Part shown: positions 62,679-64,000 of the stretch, in pieces
Numbering within the stretch: the first letter of the stretch is position 1
Layout of the letters: the number at the start of each line of letters is the position of its first letter
NCBI GenBank assembly: GCA_963169765.1
Contig: CAUJEN010000109.1
Coordinates: 27,497-91,496, forward strand
Length of the DNA stretch: 64,000 nt
Direction of reading: 5' to 3'
Source of the DNA: Vulcanimicrobiota bacterium
GTDB lineage: Bacteria; Vulcanimicrobiota; Xenobia; Xenobiales; QWHO01
Notes under the pieces: generated by a model
Databases searched by the model: none
Told to the model about the DNA's origin: nothing
The model's input: only the letters and a program-made list of their open reading frames with translations
Translations under genes and position numbers: made by a program

Positions 62679-64000
62679 ATGTTGCCCATTGTTCCCTTCT
62701 CGGCAGCCCGGCCGGCGCGTTCTCACGAGGAGCTGACGCGCCTGGCCAGGGAGGTGGTGGACTCGGGAGCCTCGATCGAGGCGAGCGAGCCCTTCCTGGT
62801 CGTCTTCAAGCGCAACCGCAAGCTCGAGCCCGAGGAGGCCGCCCGGCGTCTGGACGAGCCCCTGCAGGTGCGTCTGCCGGGGCTTTCCCCCCAGCCTCTC
62901 CAGGGACCGGACGACCTGCGCGAGCTGGCCGTGTTCCAGAAGGTGCTGCCCCCTTCCGAGCTTTCCGAGCCGGACCTGGCCGCCGGACTGCAGCAGCTGG
63001 CCGATCAGGGCTGGCGTTTTCACACCAGCGAGGGCGAGGTGGGGATGTACGGCGCCTTCAACGCTCTTTCTCAGGTTCGGGCCGTTCGCGGAGAGATCCA
63101 GGTCGATCTGGCCCGGAAGGAGCGGGTCCTGGAGTTGGGGCGCTACGGTGCTGAATCTCCCTGGGCCCGCCTGGAGGCCGATGGCTATCAGTTCTTCGAT
63201 GGCCAGGGCCGACTGCGCTGTGGCTTTGATGTGCAAAAAGACGCGCAGGCCGGGGTGGGCCGGGATGGCGACAGCTGGATCAAGGTGGGCGATCCAGCCA
63301 CCCTCGATGAGCGTGTGGGCAAGTTCCAGAGTCTCTTGGAACGCCTTCCCCAGCTGGAATTGGCCCGCCAGGTTTACGAGCAGGCGCCCTTGAGCGAGGA
63401 GGCGGCCAAGAAGCTGAACGCCGCGGCCTCGAGCGATCAGAAGGGAAGGCTCGCTCCGGTCCTCGCATCCGAGTTGGCCGACCGCTCCACCGAGGGGTTC
63501 GCTCGGGCCGGCCTGGCCCTGGCCGGCTACGGCGAGCCGGCCCTGCAGCGGGCCTGGCTCGAGGAGCTGGCCCGGCGTCCCGAGTCCGAGCAGGTGGGCA
63601 AGCTGGCCAGCAAGATCCACCTGGGGCTGCAGGATGAGGCCCTGCGCTACTACGTCTGCCTGACCGCCCTGGAGAAGCCCGAAGACGAGGTGGAACGCTA
63701 TGTTGCCAGGCTGTATGACAAGTTCCGCAGCGACCAGAGCCCGGGCCAGAAACTGATCGCTCAGGGGGTGCTCGACGCGCTCTCCGGCCGGCCCGGTTAT
63801 GAAGACCGGGTAGCGGCACTCAAGCGCTGGCAACCCGACCCCAACACCGCCGCCCGGGCTCTGGTCAAGCACAGCGGCGACCTGCGTGCTCTGGCCGTGG
63901 CCGCCACCGGGTGGCAGGACCAGAAGGCGCAGCGCATCCAGCTCGAGGAGCTCGCTCACGCCAGGGTCGGCCAGGTGGCTCTGAAAGCCTTCGACGCCAT
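62679..64000 (+). CDS. hypothetical protein, 3' end outside window; absent from the ORF track because no stop lies in the window
   Basis: My own translation from ATG 62679 is MLPIVPFSAARPARSHEELTRLAREVVDSG...ALKAFDA. It is open and GC3-rich to the window end. The minus-strand ORF 62562..63959 is its shadow. Confidence 0.7.
   Translation, partial: MLPIVPFSAARPARSHEELTRLAREVVDSGASIEASEPFLVVFKRNRKLEPEEAARRLDEPLQVRLPGLSPQPLQGPDDLRELAVFQKVLPPSELSEPDLAAGLQQLADQGWRFHTSEGEVGMYGAFNALSQVRAVRGEIQVDLARKERVLELGRYGAESPWARLEADGYQFFDGQGRLRCGFDVQKDAQAGVGRDGDSWIKVGDPATLDERVGKFQSLLERLPQLELARQVYEQAPLSEEAAKKLNAAASSDQKGRLAPVLASELADRSTEGFARAGLALAGYGEPALQRAWLEELARRPESEQVGKLASKIHLGLQDEALRYYVCLTALEKPEDEVERYVARLYDKFRSDQSPGQKLIAQGVLDALSGRPGYEDRVAALKRWQPDPNTAARALVKHSGDLRALAVAATGWQDQKAQRIQLEELAHARVGQVALKAFDA

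Noticed and set aside
1-64000. Mobile elements such as transposases, integrases or prophage genes
   Set aside because: No DDE or tyrosine/serine recombinase motifs, or terminal inverted repeats flanking an ORF, were recognised on either strand. Only repeat scars and lower-GC blocks hint at past horizontal transfer.

Overview
High-GC (hand counts about 65-67 %) bacterial chromosomal segment with about 55 protein-coding genes. I recognised no rRNA, tRNA, CRISPR array, transposase or integrase. Housekeeping genes are the 3' end of a CofH/FbiC-like radical-SAM gene, a PilT-like ATPase, metK, a SPOR-priA-def-fmt block, an AmpG-like permease coupled to a GNAT, a DEAD-box helicase, a two-domain PPK2 and a PlsC-like acyltransferase. 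Interleaved with these are accessory genes: many TPR proteins, Hanks-type kinases, NarL-type two-component genes, secreted or lipoprotein proteases, Uma2 and PIN remnants, and a DUF234 ATPase. Many long ORFs in the track are GC-rich shadow frames antisense to real genes and were not called. The most notable observations are these. (1) An exported thioredoxin-fold protein has an in-frame TGA exactly at the first Cys of the WCGPC motif, followed immediately by a SECIS-like hairpin; this is a candidate selenoprotein that the ORF track splits in two. (2) A Ser/Thr-kinase/AAA/TPR ORF and a GAF-PAS-histidine-kinase ORF are in the same frame, separated by a single TGA followed by a hairpin. They sit in a cluster with a paralogous pseudo-histidine-kinase and a NarL-type regulator. 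(3) 71-bp direct repeats (69/71 identical) bracket a 3.5-kb segment carrying a PilX-like gene and a lower-GC DUF234 ATPase that has a 33-bp palindrome at its start. (4) A 63-bp tandem repeat (3.2 copies) lies between two divergent large hypothetical genes, with a solitary inverted copy 5 kb away. (5) A GluR0-type ligand-gated K+ channel is present. (6) A Uma2 gene has its 3' part on the opposite strand. Start codons are often uncertain because many are GTG, TTG or overlapping.
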